A DNA stretch of 64,000 nt from Rebecca billardiae RCC1528 (GCA_965240325.2 OZ251231.1:186001-250000); one strand, 5' to 3'; positions 21,209 through 33,389 are shown, counted from the first letter of the stretch. Made by a program: numbers and translations. Notes: generated from the sequence alone by a model not told the origin.

Positions 21209-21294
21209 CGGAAGGCGCGGACGCATTCTATGTGTCTGTTGCACTCTTGAGCCTGACGCTTGTCCGATGCTGCCACGTCGTTAAATATATATAT
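21209..21294 (+). repeat. ~80-bp dispersed repeat ending GTTAAATATA (second copy at 57080-57161); possible 3' end of a retroposon
   Basis: CGGAAGGCGCGGACGCATTCTATG...GATGCTGCCACG(T/C)CGTTAAATATA at both loci, each next to AT-rich runs. Confidence 0.7.
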
Positions 21295-23163
21295 CGGTCC
21301 AGAGTCCGTTTTCTCCAAAACACAGCAGTGCAAAACACCGGTCGGGTCACCGGACCCGGGCGCACACATGTCTCGCGACCGACACTTGGCTTGCCCGACC
21401 CTCGTTTACGGCTATCTCCCTTGCTTGCTCACTACCGGGCGCCCTCGCAGCTCCCACTGGGGAGGCTCGGCCGAAAACACCTGTGAAGTTCTCCCACTCA
21501 CGTGTACAACTACAGCACGTCCGGCGTGCGGGCATCATCAGTCAGCGAGGCCCACACCCACGAGGGAATGTGTAGCACGCGGGGCGGGGCGGGTAGCCCG
21601 TTGCTCCGCGCGAGCGCGGGTACGCGCTGTATGTGCCGCATCTCGACCATGATGGCGTAATCGAGCGCCTCGCCGCCGACGAAGCCCCCAGAGTAGATCG
21701 TGTGCATGTCCTCCTGCCGCCAGCCGAGAGCGGTCGTCGCGAGACGCTTGCCGATGTCCGCTCCGGGCATGATGGGCTCGGCGCAGGTCGCGTTGACATC
21801 GTACGCGGCAGTCACGCTGAGAACGAGCGCGTTGACGTTCACGCGGTCGTCGCTCTTCGCCTCTTCGACAGGTCTGGCGCCCGCGTGCTCGGTGGCACGA
21901 GGAGCTGTTGGTTGTGCGCGCGCGCGCGCACAGCAACAGCGTGTGCCACTCGCGATCGAGAGTGGGCATGAGCTGCTCACGCAGGCACATGCATCGCAGC
22001 GCATCCGTCACCGGCGTGACGACGTCCGCCTCGTCCCGCAGCGCCTGCGCCATGGACGAGGATGGCGCGTCGATGTTGCATGCTCGACGATTCGTCTCTC
22101 TGCGGATGGCATCACGGGCTTGTCTGCGCGCGCTGTGGCGAGGGTCGCCAACTCGCGAAGACGCGGTTGCTGCCACGGTGGCAGACCCGGGAGGTGCGTC
22201 CGCTGCGCGTCGTACGCCGTTGGCGCTGCGCTTCCGTCGCATTGGTCACCTTCGACGCCATGCACGGCGGACACGGCGGACGCGAGCTTCGGCTGAGGGA
22301 GGCACCGGCCACCGCTCGCGAGCGACAGTCCGGTGCGCGAGGATTCCGGCGATCGAGTTCAGAAGGCCGCGCCAAATCTTGCGTCGCGTGCGATGGCGCT
22401 TCCCGCCCGCGAGACACCTCGTGATGAGTGCCTCTCAGCACCGAACCCGACGCGCGGCGGTGGATCGCGCGAGGCGGCCATCGTGCGCAGCGCCTGACGT
22501 TGTGGCCGGTGCGAGCGCTCGACGTGCAAGTCGGGCGAGGATCGCCCCAGGTCGCGCGATCGTGTCGACGCGCTGAGCGTACCTCCAAACGCGTCGACTG
22601 CCTGTGAATTCGGTGTGCGTCACGGCCGTGACGACGCAGGATGCTCAGCTATGCCGCGCCGACGCAACATCGCCTGCTACTTGTACATTAGACGCATCTG
22701 TCGGGCTGCCAGTCTTGTCAGCTGGCTGCCGGTCGAGTGACGACGAAGCCGCACGTTCCCCGACCGCGACCGCTCTCGGCTCTGGCCGGAGCGGACGCCA
22801 CGACGACGATGCCAGGTCAGGCTGCCCGCTAGAAAAACAGGTTTCCGGCCAAAGTTGCGCAGCGGTGCTCCGATTTCTATGAAATATAATACTGCTAGTA
22901 AGACACGCAGACTTAGCTAGCGAGAGAAGCGAGTGTCATCAGCTCAGGCAGGCGAGATTATTACTCAGATTTTGAGTGCCGACGGCAGCCGAGCAGAATT
23001 ATTTTTATTGATAATGATATGAATTTCTGACGCGACTACGTCTACGAGTGACGATCGATAATCTAGTGACTAGTTTCGGAAAATCGATGAACGAAGCTCG
23101 TCGCTCCTAGTCGACTGGCGATGACGCGCTGCGCGGGCGTGCGCGAGCGCTGGCACGGACGCA

Positions 23164-25267
23164 TCATCTGGCCGCCGCGTACGCCGGCGCCGCGTGCGGC
23201 CGCGCCACGAGCGGCGGCGGCGTAGCGACCGGCCCGGCGCGCCGACCAGCCGCGGCGAAATCGCGGGGCAGCCGGAACGACGCGAGCGACGGCGGCAGCG
23301 GCTGCTCGGCCACGACCGCGCTGCGCTGCTCCGCCTCCGCGCCTGGCGGCGGTCGCTCCTCGCCGCCGGACACGGGCGAGAGGCTCTGCGCGGGGCTGCC
23401 GCGGCGGCGCGGCGTGCTCGACGCGGCGATGATCCCCTCGTGCCGCTCGCGCAGCGCCTGCAGCGTGTTGACCCACACGTGCATCTCGCGCAGCGTGCGC
23501 GCGCGGAACTGGAAGGTCCGCGAGTCGCACGCCATGGAGAACTCGAAGCGCTGCTGCGCGGAGACCTCGACGGCGGAGATCGAGGTGAGCGGGATCCGCT
23601 TCTCCAGCTTCTCCAGGATCGTCGAGTCGCTCCTGCCCGAGCAGTAGCACAGCGCGCCGTCCTTGACGTAGAAGTAGCGCTTGTAGTAGGCGAGCTTGCC
23701 GAGCGCAGACGTGCCGCGCTTCCACAGGAAGCCGCACAGCGGCGGCTCGGTGCCCGCGAGCGCGGCGGCGGCGGCGGCGGAGGGCGAGAAGAGCGCCGCG
23801 TCCGTGCCGATGCGCACGGCGTGGTCGGCCGCGGGCGCGCCCGCGAGCGTGCCCGCCGCCGCCGCGAGCCTGCGCTGCGTCGCATCCGCGTCGACGAGCC
23901 GCTCGCGGCCGCTGCGCGTGCCGTGCCGCCGGCCGGCGCGCGCCGCCGCGCCGCGCTCGTCGGCTGGAGCGCCCTCGGCGCCCTCGAGGGACGAGATCGA
24001 GCGGTGCGAGCCGTTGGACGAGAGCCACGACGTCTCCTTGTCCACGGTGCGCGTGAGGAAGTCGGGCAGCCCGGGCGAGGACGAGACGCCGCCGACGGCG
24101 AGTACCGAGCGCTTGGTACTCGTGAGCCACGTGTGTTGCCGCAGCTGCTGCGCGGTCGGGCGCGAGCGGACGTCCTTGTCGAAGCAGGCGAGGAGGAAGG
24201 AGCGCAGCTCGTCGGAGAGGCCGTCGGGCAGCGGCGGGTGCGTGTCGTTCACGATGTGGTACATCGCCGACATCTGCGTCAGCTCAAAGTAGGGCGGCAC
24301 GCCGGTGAGCAGCTCGAGCACCGTGCAGCCGACAGACCAGACGTCCGACGCCGTCGTGAAGGCCGACATCTCGATGATCTCCGGCGCCACTGCGCGCGAG
24401 AGGGGGCGGGCGCGGGCGGGCGAGGCGGGGGGCGAGGATCGTCAGTCGCACGCCCGCCTGAGCGCGCGCGCGCGCGCGCGCGGCGCGACGGGGGCGCGGC
24501 GGCGGCGGCGGCGGCGGGCGAGTGTGCGCCTGGCGCTCACTCCAGTAGGGGGTGCCGACGACGGACTGCGTCTTGGTGGCGTGCTCGTCGGCCAGGCGCG
24601 CGACGCCAAAGTCGGCGAGCTTGACGTGCCCGTCCTTCGTCACCAGTATGTTCGCGCCCTTGATGTCGCGGTGCATCACGCCCTGCCCGTGCAAGAACTC
24701 GAGCGCCTCGAGCACCTGCGCAATGTACCGAATGACCAGACCCTCGGGCAGCCGGCCAAACTTGCGCACGATGTCCGAGAGCGAGCCGTTCTCGACGTAC
24801 TCGAGGACAATGAACAACGTCGTCGCGTCGGTGATGCATTCCAAGTACTGCACCACTCGCGGGTGCGACAGCCGGCGCAGCATGTTGATCTCCGTCTCGA
24901 TCCCCTGCAGCCGCCCGTCCGAGATGCCCGCGAGCGAGATCTCCTTGACGGCGGCGAAGTCGCCATTCTCCGTGTTGAGTGCTTTGAACACTCGCCCACT
25001 CGACCCACGTCCAAGGTCGTCCCCCAGCGCCTGCGCCCGCGCGTGGAGGGGCCGGCCGCGCGCGGCAGGTTAGCGGACGATTACCGGCCTGCGCCCGAGA
25101 CGCGCCCGCGCAGCGCCAGGAGTACCGGCCGAGGGGCGGGCGCGCACGTATTTCGAGCCGATCATCATCTGCTGTCGTCTCCGCGCCTTGTTGTGCTCGT
25201 CATCCGGGGCCGCGCCCGCGGCCCCCGCCGGCTCGCCAGCCGGCGCGCCAATGATATGGAGGGCCAT
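23164..25267 (-). CDS. Ser/Thr kinase, Cdc15/Cdc7(SepA)/MAP3K-epsilon-like STE family, with C-terminal PH domain; 3 exons
   Basis: LGRGSSGRVFK, AVKEI, HRDIKGANIL, DFG, VGTPYWMAPE, SDVWSVG; PH domain CGFLWKRG...KRYFYV...WVNTL. Introns 25031-25147 and 24390-24540. Confidence 0.92.
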
Positions 25268-25999
25268 CTCCCCTCCGTTGATCACACAGCACTACCCCTC
25301 TTCCGTCCGCTTGGGCCGCAACGCCTGCGTGGTCGTGAGTACTTTAGCCGAGCAGCAGGCCGTGTCAAGCTCCTAACGAGGTGAGCAAGTTTTGCTATGC
25401 GAATATATTGGGCGCAGGCGCGTGCGCCGCGCCGGGGTGTGCGCCACATACGGACGCGTGGACCTCCCGGACCGGTGATGATGAAATATAATATGGGCTT
25501 CGCGGGCTTCCGAGGCCTCCTCACTTTCTCAAGCAGTGAATGGTTGGTCGGCTGGCAAAGTGGCAAACGACTAGGACTGCTGGGTCCACCTCATCATGAT
25601 CATCGATCTGATCAGACGCCCATATCAATAATACATCGATCTCGTCCTTGCAGTGATGACAGAATCCGGCCTTATTCCGACGTATGATGTGCGCCGGATT
25701 TTGAGACGCGACCCTTCTCGTCGCATTCTTGGCGCCGTGACCGAACATCCTATCGCACGCAGAACCAATAGCAGCGAATATCCTCGCGCCGGTCGCACGC
25801 CGGCGCACTGCGCGGGCGCCGGTGGTGTCGCGGAGTGAAACCGCCAAAACCCGAGCCGAACCGGCGTCAACTCCGGTCTCCTGCGAGATGTTCATCTCGT
25901 CCGCGCAAGTCGTACCTTAGTAAACTGTAACGGCCGGCCACGGCCGTGCAGGGCGCTCGTCGAGACGACGCAGCCCCGGACTCGATCACGTCTGGAAGG

Positions 26000-27895
26000 A
26001 TGGCTGGCACCGCGCGCGCCACCCCGCGGGCCTGGCTCGCGGCGGCGTTGCTGCTGCTCGCCGTGATGGGCCCGGCCGAGCGCGCGCGCGCGGACGACGC
26101 GGAGGAGTCCCCCGCCGAGACCCAGCCGCCCCTCTCCGCCGGCGCCTTCAACGTCACCGCCAAGACGCTCAAGGCGCAGCTGCGCGCCGCGGGCGGCTCC
26201 CTCTACCTCGGCTTCTCGGCGCCCTCGTGCAAGTTCTGCCGCGCGTACGAGGCCGAGTACGCCGCGTACCACGCTTTCGACGCGCCCCCCGTCCCGCTCG
26301 GCCGCGTCGACGCCTCGCGCGAGAAGTCCCTCGCCGCGCGCTACGACGCCGAGACGGTGCCGTCGCTCGTGCTGCTGCACGACGGCGGCAAGCGCTCGAT
26401 CGTGTACAAGGGCGCGCACGAGGCGGCGGCGATGGCGGCGTTCGCGGCGAGCCGCGTGGGCCCGGCCGTGCGCGAGCTCCCGCCCGGCCTCGCCGCGCTC
26501 GACGCCCTCGTCCGCGCGCCGCGCGGCCCCACTGACGTACTCGTCGTCGGCTTCTTCACACAGCCGGGCGGCGAGGAGGAGGAGGAGGTGGAGGACCTGG
26601 CGGAGACGGCGGGCGCGCTGCGCGCGGCGCGGCCCGACGCGCCGGTGGTCGCGGTGCGCACCACGCTCGGCCCCGCCGAGCTCGCCGAGCTCACGCGCGC
26701 GCGCAGGTGGATCGAGCGCACGCCCGCCGTCGCGGTTTGGGTTGGCGGCGACGACGGCGACGGCGGCGGCGGCCGCGGCGGCGGCCGCGGCGGCGGCGGC
26801 GGCGGCGGCGCGCGCGCCAAGAAGGGCGGCGGCGGCGGCGCGGAGGAAGCGGACGGCCCGCCGCCCGCGCCGCGCGCGCGCGCGCTGCTCGACGAGGCGC
26901 TCCCCGGCGGCGCGTCGATGGCGCAGTGGACGATGCGCTCGTCGCTGCCGCGCGTCGCGTGGCTGACGGAGCTCAACTTTCACACGTACGCGGCCACGGA
27001 GCTGCCGATGCTGATCCTCTTCGTCGACCCCGGCGCGGGCGAGGCGGCGTACGCGTCGGAGCGCGGCGCGCTCGAGGCGGTGGCGCGCGAGTTCGACGGG
27101 CGCGTCCTCTTCGTCCTGTGCGACGGCGTCAAGCAGCGGTACCGGAAGATTGCGCTTGGCCTCACCGCAGACACACTGCCGGCAATGGCGCTCAACACCA
27201 AGGAGGAGCACGCGCGCTACCCGTTCGAGCAGGACAAGCCGATCACGGCGGGCGCGGTGCGCGGGTTCTGCGCGGACTACCTGGCGGGGCGGCTCGTGCC
27301 GCGCCTGCCCGACGCCAAGCCGCTCACGCCGCCGCCGCCCGAGCGCGGGCCGCGCGCGCCCGTGCCCCTCGCGGGCGGCGGCACCTACACGCCCGCGCGG
27401 CCGCAGGGGCTCGGGCACGTGGCGAACCTCACGGCCGCGAGCGTGGAGGCGGCGGTGGGCGACGTGCGGAAGGACGTGCTGCTGCTCGTGTACTCCTCCG
27501 CGCAGTGCGGCGAGGTCTGCGCCGAGCTCGACATCTACTTTGGCAAGGCGGCCTCAAGACTCGCCGAGCTCGGCGTCCACACGGTCGCGCCGTGCCGGCT
27601 CGACCTGGCCGCGCACGCGCTGCCGCCCTCGCTGCCGCTGCCGCTGCACACGCTGCCGATCGTGATCATGCTGCCCGCCGCGGACAAGCAGCCGCCGTTC
27701 CGCTACCTCGAGGGCGACCTCAAGCCGCGCCGCCTCCTCTACTTCGCCCAGGCGCACGCCACGCACGCGTTTGAGCTGCCGGAGAATCCGCACCTCGACC
27801 GGGAGCAGAACCGGATGTGGCACGAGCAGGTGGCGGAGCTGCCGGAGGAGCGGCGGCGGCGCGCGCTCGCCACGCTGCTGCCCGAGGAGTTCTGA
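26000..27895 (+). CDS. Protein disulfide isomerase-like multi-thioredoxin protein
   Basis: Signal peptide; FSAPSCKFC thioredoxin motif; GRVDA...LAARY...PSL; b'-like domain; last Trx domain with KDVLLLVY...CGEVC; C-terminal EEF (possible ER-retention variant). Confidence 0.8.
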   Translation: MAGTARATPRAWLAAALLLLAVMGPAERARADDAEESPAETQPPLSAGAFNVTAKTLKAQLRAAGGSLYLGFSAPSCKFCRAYEAEYAAYHAFDAPPVPLGRVDASREKSLAARYDAETVPSLVLLHDGGKRSIVYKGAHEAAAMAAFAASRVGPAVRELPPGLAALDALVRAPRGPTDVLVVGFFTQPGGEEEEEVEDLAETAGALRAARPDAPVVAVRTTLGPAELAELTRARRWIERTPAVAVWVGGDDGDGGGGRGGGRGGGGGGGARAKKGGGGGAEEADGPPPAPRARALLDEALPGGASMAQWTMRSSLPRVAWLTELNFHTYAATELPMLILFVDPGAGEAAYASERGALEAVAREFDGRVLFVLCDGVKQRYRKIALGLTADTLPAMALNTKEEHARYPFEQDKPITAGAVRGFCADYLAGRLVPRLPDAKPLTPPPPERGPRAPVPLAGGGTYTPARPQGLGHVANLTAASVEAAVGDVRKDVLLLVYSSAQCGEVCAELDIYFGKAASRLAELGVHTVAPCRLDLAAHALPPSLPLPLHTLPIVIMLPAADKQPPFRYLEGDLKPRRLLYFAQAHATHAFELPENPHLDREQNRMWHEQVAELPEERRRRALATLLPEEF

Positions 27896-28313
27896 GCGGG
27901 CGGGTTGGGCTGGGCTGGGCTGGGGAGGAGGAGGCCGAGCGGGGGCGTGCGGCGCGGGCGGGCGCGGCAGGCGCGGCGCGGCGCGCGGGCCGGTGCGATG
28001 TGACGAGCGGCCGAGCAGCGCTGGCTCCGCGGCTCAGCACACAGCAGACAGCAGAGTACAGCAGTAGCAGTCTACTTATGACGATCGATACTCATCTGAT
28101 GAATCTGACAGTCCGACGATGCATGACTGCGCTCTGATGCTCGTCATCAGTAGTCCGCGAGTGGCTGTCGTCATCAGTCAGACCGCGACTGCCACGGGCA
28201 CGGACTGCTGGCGCCGCTCGTGCCTCGTCGTCCCGAGTTTGAGCTGAGTTGATGATTGAGCAGCAGATGATATATATAGCGCTGCTGCTGCTGCACTCGC
28301 GTCCGAGGCACCG

Positions 28314-30037
28314 CTACGACGGGCGAGGCGGCGGCTCGACGAACGGGAAGGCCGCGGCGACGGCGGGCGTGAGCGTCTCCAGCGAGTGCAGGAAGAGCAG
28401 CGCGCCGCCCAGCCCCTCGAAGAGTGAGGCCGGGTGGTCGGGCGTGCGGCTCTGCGCGGCCACGCGCTCGTCCAGCAGCGCGCGGCCGAACTGCACCGCG
28501 CGGCACACCCACAGCGGGTCGCCGCTAAGCCGCGCCGCGCGCAGCAGCACGTACCCGTTGCCCGACACCCCGTGGCACAGCCCCGGCCCCTTCTTCAGCA
28601 GGCCGTGCTCGTACGTCAGCTCAGCGAACCCGAGCGCCGCCGCGCGGAAGCGGCCATCGTACGCCGCACCGCCGCTGCTGCCGTCGCTCCCGCCGCCGCC
28701 GCCGCGTGGGGCGAAGCAGGAGCTGAAGAGGTCGTGCGCGCACGCGTACACCAGGCAGGCTGCGGCCAGTCGGCGCGCGGTGGGGAGGGCGGCGGCGGCG
28801 CGCGCGGGGCGGCGCGAGTTGGCGAGAGGGCGCGGAGCCGAGGGCGTGCGCTGCCGCTGTGCTTGCACACTGAAGAGCGCACAAGGGGGCCGGTCCTCGC
28901 TGGCACCGCCGGGCATGGCCTCCGGAATCGCTGCCGACTGGCCCCGAGCCAACCAGCAACGCAGCGGGGGGCTCGCAGCCGCCCCTCAGCAGCTGCGCGC
29001 GCGCGCAGCGCGGCGCGCGCTCCAATGCCACTGCGGGTTGCGCTGAGGCGCTGGGCTGCGCGCACGCACCGCCGGGCGCGCCGTGGCAGAAGTGGACCAT
29101 CGGCGTGGGCTCGCCGCCGACGTGCGCGGGCAGGTTGCCAGCGCGGTCGCGCTGCGCGAGCGCCCAGTCGAGCGTGCGCTCCAGCTTCGCCTCGGGCTCC
29201 GCCCCGTCCGCACACGCCAGTGCGCGCAGCGCGCCGCCGCCCGCGCCTCGCTCGAGCTGATAGCTGAGGAGCGCGAGACATGCGCCCAGCACGCCGTGCG
29301 CGGCGCCGAGATACAGATCTCCGTGCCACGCGCACAGCAGGGGCGGCGCGCCGCCGGGGAGGCGCGCGAGCCTGGGCGCGTGCTGCGCCGCGTCCGCCTC
29401 GCACGCCGCGAGCAGCTGCTGCGCGAGCGTGTGCAGCAGAGACGGCGGCACGGCCGCGGGCAGCCTCCGGCCGAGGCTCAGCGCGCCGAGCAGGAGGCCC
29501 CCGCGCCCGTACAGCCACTCGTTGTCGAGCTCGGCGTCGGAGAGGGACGCGTGCACGCTGCGCACGTACCGCTCCGCGTGCGCGCGCGCCGAGGGCTCGT
29601 CCGCTGCGCTGAGCGCCTTGGCGAGCATCACACCTGCGGGCGTGGCGCATGCACGGCACGAGCGCGCGCGGCGGAGGCGGCGAGCGCGGCTCGGTGGCCG
29701 CGCGCGCGAGCGCGGCGCGCGCGTGCCGCGGCAGGGTGGCCGCACCCGGGCCGCCGCACAGCAGCGAGGCGACGTCCACCTCCTCCTCGTCGCACGTGGC
29801 GAACAGCTGCCTCGCCGTTGGGTCCGCGGGCGCGACGGTCGCGAGCGCGTACGCCAGCCCCGCGCGGCCCGTGTAGAGCGAGGACGTGCGGAGCGGGGGC
29901 ATGCGCAAGAGCTGCTCGAGGACGCGCGCCTTGAGCGCGCCGAGCTCGGCCCTGGTGGCGGCGGTGGGCACGAGGCCGTCGGTCCAGCCGCGCGAGGCCT
30001 CCCCGTGCGGAATGCACCGCGACTGCATCGCCGCCAT
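28314..30037 (-). CDS. LanC-like protein (eukaryotic LANCL/GCR2 family), 3 exons
   Basis: SLYTGRAG, EWLYGRGG, YLGAAHG, GNLP, VHFCHGAPG, LKKGPGLCHGVSGNGY, RTPDHPASLFEG. Introns 29634-29745 and 28760-29069. Confidence 0.92.
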
Positions 30038-30119
30038 CGATCGCTCCGCCCGCCGGAAAGGCCGTCCATCTAAAAATGTTCATCTGCTAAAATCCGTCCA
30101 TCCGAGGATAAAAATGGCG

Positions 30120-31535
30120 TCAAGCCTCCGCCTCGACCGCCTCACCCGCCATTGCGGGCATGCCAAGGGCCGACGTGCCGTTGGCAGCATTGCGCACTGC
30201 CGGAGCGGCAGCGCGATGCGCGGTGGCGTCCTCGCCCGGCGGCGATGGGAGCCACACGAGCGGGCGCTGCTCCTCGCCGAGCGAGCGGTTCAGCGCGCGC
30301 CCCTTCCTGCGCAGGAACGCGAGCGTCGCGTCCCTCTGGGCCCTGCGCTGCTGGTGCCAGCCGGCCACCGCCAGCGCCCCGTCTGGCCGCGTGCGCAGCC
30401 GCGCCTTCGCCACGCCGAGGAACCAGCTCACGCGCAGGCGGAAGCCGCACTTGCCCAGCAGCTCGGCGAAGACCTGCTCCGAGTAGTACTCGCCCCGCCG
30501 CTTCTCCTCCTCCAGCGCCACCGGCTTGCCGCCCTCGCCCGTGTAAGGCGCGCCCAGCAGAACGCCGAGCGCGCCGGGCGCGGCGCACCCGAGCAGGGCG
30601 TCCATGCCGCGGGCGGTGAGCGCGAAGGCCACGTCGCCCACGCCGCGGCGCCTCGCGGTGTGGTGGCCGAGGATGAGGCGGGGGTCGTTGCCCAGCGCCC
30701 GCTCCATGCTCGCGAACGACCGCCACCGGTTCGAAGCGTCGGGCAGTAGCGTGTCAGGGCGCGCGCGCACGACAGTCGCGGCCGCGGCGTGCGCGGCGGC
30801 GCCGAGGTGGTGCCGCGCGATGCCGTGCGCCATGCGCAGGGTGTGCAGCTGCGCGGTGGCGATGTCGACGCAGGCGAAGGGCCCGTGGCACGCCGCGTTG
30901 AGCGCGCTCACCTGCGTGCGCGCCAGGGCCGCGCGCGGACGGCGCACGCGGCGCGCGCGCGTCAGTCAGGCTGCACCGTACCCAACGCGCGCACAGCGGC
31001 GAGCAGCGCGCGCGCGCACATTGTAGCGCGCCGCGAGCGCGGCCATGCCAGGGTGCTCATCGACTCTCGCGACGAACCGCCGGCCGTCCATGAAGCCGTT
31101 CATCCGCGGGTCCGCCAGCGCGCGCGCGATCTGCGCGCGCTGCGAGCGCGGCTCCGCACCCTTCTGGGGCGCAAAGTTCCGCCACCACACGCGGTCGTTG
31201 TGCTCGATCGAGCCCCACGTGTGCATGTACACGGCGTACGACGCGACGTCGCCCTGCGCGAGCTCGTCGAAGATCACCTTCATGTCCTCGTGCAGGTGGA
31301 AGAAGGTGCGCAGGTGGCCCGTGACGTACACGAGCGTGCGCGGCGCGCGCGTGCTGCGGCGCGCGGCCTCCGAGACGATGAGCGCGCCGCCGACGGCGCT
31401 GCGGTTGGCGGTGGGGGGCGGCGGCGAGGCGGCGAGGTCGGCCGCGATTGGCGCCAGCAGCGCCAGCCACGCCGCTCGTCGGCAGAGGTGCGCGGGCCGC
31501 GCGCTGCTCCGTCCCGCCGCCCGCAGCGCGCTCAT
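30120..31535 (-). CDS. Putative glycosyltransferase-like type II membrane protein, 2 exons
   Basis: N-terminal hydrophobic anchor; motifs VTGHLRTF, VYMHTW, VVRARPD and VGDVAFA resemble algal/viral putative GT-like families. Intron 30912-31019. Confidence 0.55.
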
Positions 31536-31893
31536 ACGCGCATGCGGATTGCGGCCGCTTCCTTGCCTCAGGCAGCCGGGCGCGCGCCGCTCGGGCTGGG
31601 CTCCCGGAAGTCACGATGGCGTCGCGACTCGCGACCGCGGGCGGCTGTCCCTAGCTAAGGAAGGAACAAGTAACATCAAGTACTGTACGCCATTCCATTC
31701 CCCCGCCGCCGCCGCGGGGTCACACAGCTCTCATCGCACTGTACCGTTGCCCGCGAGCGTTCACAGTGAGTTCACGCGGCTTCCACTCACGCCCGCTGGC
31801 AACGTGCCCCGAGACGAGCCGATTGCGCCTCGGACACGCGCATTCATGCGCCCCCCCCCGGGCGGAGCGCGCGAGCGCATGGCGATCACGGCA

Positions 31894-33317
31894 TTACGCC
31901 GGCTGCGCGCCGCCGTGTGGGTCGTCGTCACGCGCGCCGCCCCCCGCAGGCTCTCCTCGCGGCGGCGGCTTGGCGTCCGCGTCTTCCGGCTCGCGCACGC
32001 GCACGCGCGACGCGTGCATGCGCGCGCGCAGCGCCAGGTAGCGCTGCTCGTCCTTCTTCGAGACCGAGGGCGTCACCTTGGAGAAGGCGAGCTCAAAGTG
32101 CGCGGCGCTGACGACGGGGCCCTCGGCCGCCGGCGCACCCGCCGGCGCACCCGCCGGCTCGGGGCCTTCCTCGCGCAGCGCCGCCATCGCGGCCTCCTTT
32201 GCCAGTGCGCTCAGGTCGGCGCCCGAAAAGCCATTACATCGCTCGTGCGTGGCGAGCGCGGACAGGTCGACGTCCGCGCCGAGCGTGAGCCGGCGGCACG
32301 CGGTGCGGAGGATCTCCGCGCGCGCGGCCGGCGGCGGGAGCGGCACGTACAGGCACTTGTCCAGCCTGCCCGGCCGCAGCATCGCGGCGTCGATCATGTC
32401 GGGTCGGTTTGTCGCGCCGATCACCGCCACCTGCCGCCGCGTGTCCAGGCCATCCATCTCTGTGAGCAGCTGGTTCACGACGCGCTCCGACGCGCCGCCG
32501 CCGCCGCCGCCGTCGGCGCCGCGCCGCGGGCACAGCGCGTCGAGCTCGTCGAAGAACACGAGGCACGGCGGCGAGGACGCCGCGCGCGCAAACACCTGCC
32601 GCACCGCGCGCTCTGAGTCGCCCACCCACTTGGAGAGCAGCTCCGGGCCCTGAGCGCGCGGCGCGCGGCGCGGCGGCGGGAGGCGGGCGGGCGGCGAGGG
32701 CGCGGCGGCGAGGGCGGCGCGTGAGCGAGCGCCGCGCCCGACCGAGCAACCCGCGGCGCGCGCCGCACACGCGCGCGCGCACACGCGCGCCGCGTCTCTC
32801 CCCTTCTCCGTCTCTCTCTCTCTCTCCCCCTCGCGTGTGCACCGCGCGTGCAGCGCGCGCGCACGGCGCGTGCAGCGCGCGTGCACGGGCGCACCTTGAC
32901 AGCGATGAAGCACGCGCCAGACTCGTTGGCCACCGCCTTGGCGAGGAGCGTCTTGCCGCAGCCGGGCGGGCCGTACAGCAGCACGCCCGCGCTGGCGCTG
33001 AGGCCGAGCGCGGCGAAGCGCTCGGGGCTGCGCAGCGGCTCGAGCAGGCACGCGCGCAGCTCCGCGCGCAGCTCCTGCAGCGCGCCAACGTCGGCCCAGC
33101 TCACGCCCGGCACGTTTGAAAACCCCTCGCGCCGCGCGGACGGCTGCACCTTCTGCAGCCCGGACCAGAAGTCGGACTCGAGCACGGAGAGCGGCGCGAG
33201 CTGCGCGGCGGGCAGCGGGCGCGGGAGCGCGGCGAGGCGCGAGCTGGCGCGCATGCGCGCCAGGAGCTGCTCGTCCGCGCCGCCGCCGCCGCCGCCAGCG
33301 CCGCCGCCGGCAACCCC

Positions 33318-33348
<31 letters not shown>

Positions 33349-33358
33349 GCAACGCCGC

Positions 33359-33389
<31 letters not shown>

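Larger units (their letters stand above)
19613..21423. mobile_element. Non-autonomous P-superfamily-like element (outer)
   Basis: Perfect 37-bp TIR CAAGGGAGATAGCCGTAAACGAGGGTCGGGCAAGCCA; 7-bp TSD CTTGCTC (19606-12 / 21424-30). The empty site is visible in the sister TIR near 58825-58850. Confidence 0.88.
19448..22599 (+). mobile_element. Partial TIR DNA transposon copy A (left TIR TGGCGGGCCGTA... plus 1.1 kb internal region), host to nested insertions
   Basis: 19448-19612 plus 21431-21477 match the reverse complement of the right end at ~58785-58896. Internal 21477-22599 is a diverged direct repeat of 57545-58635. TA flank at 19446-47. Confidence 0.75.

Noticed and set aside
25490-25625. Mini inverted repeat ATATGGGC...GCCCATAT in the kinase/PDI spacer
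   Set aside because: Only ~8-11 bp, with no clear TSD or second copy; cannot be distinguished from chance.
28314-30037. Lanthipeptide biosynthetic cluster
   Set aside because: The gene is an intron-containing eukaryotic LANCL; no LanB/LanM dehydratase, precursor peptide or transporter is nearby.
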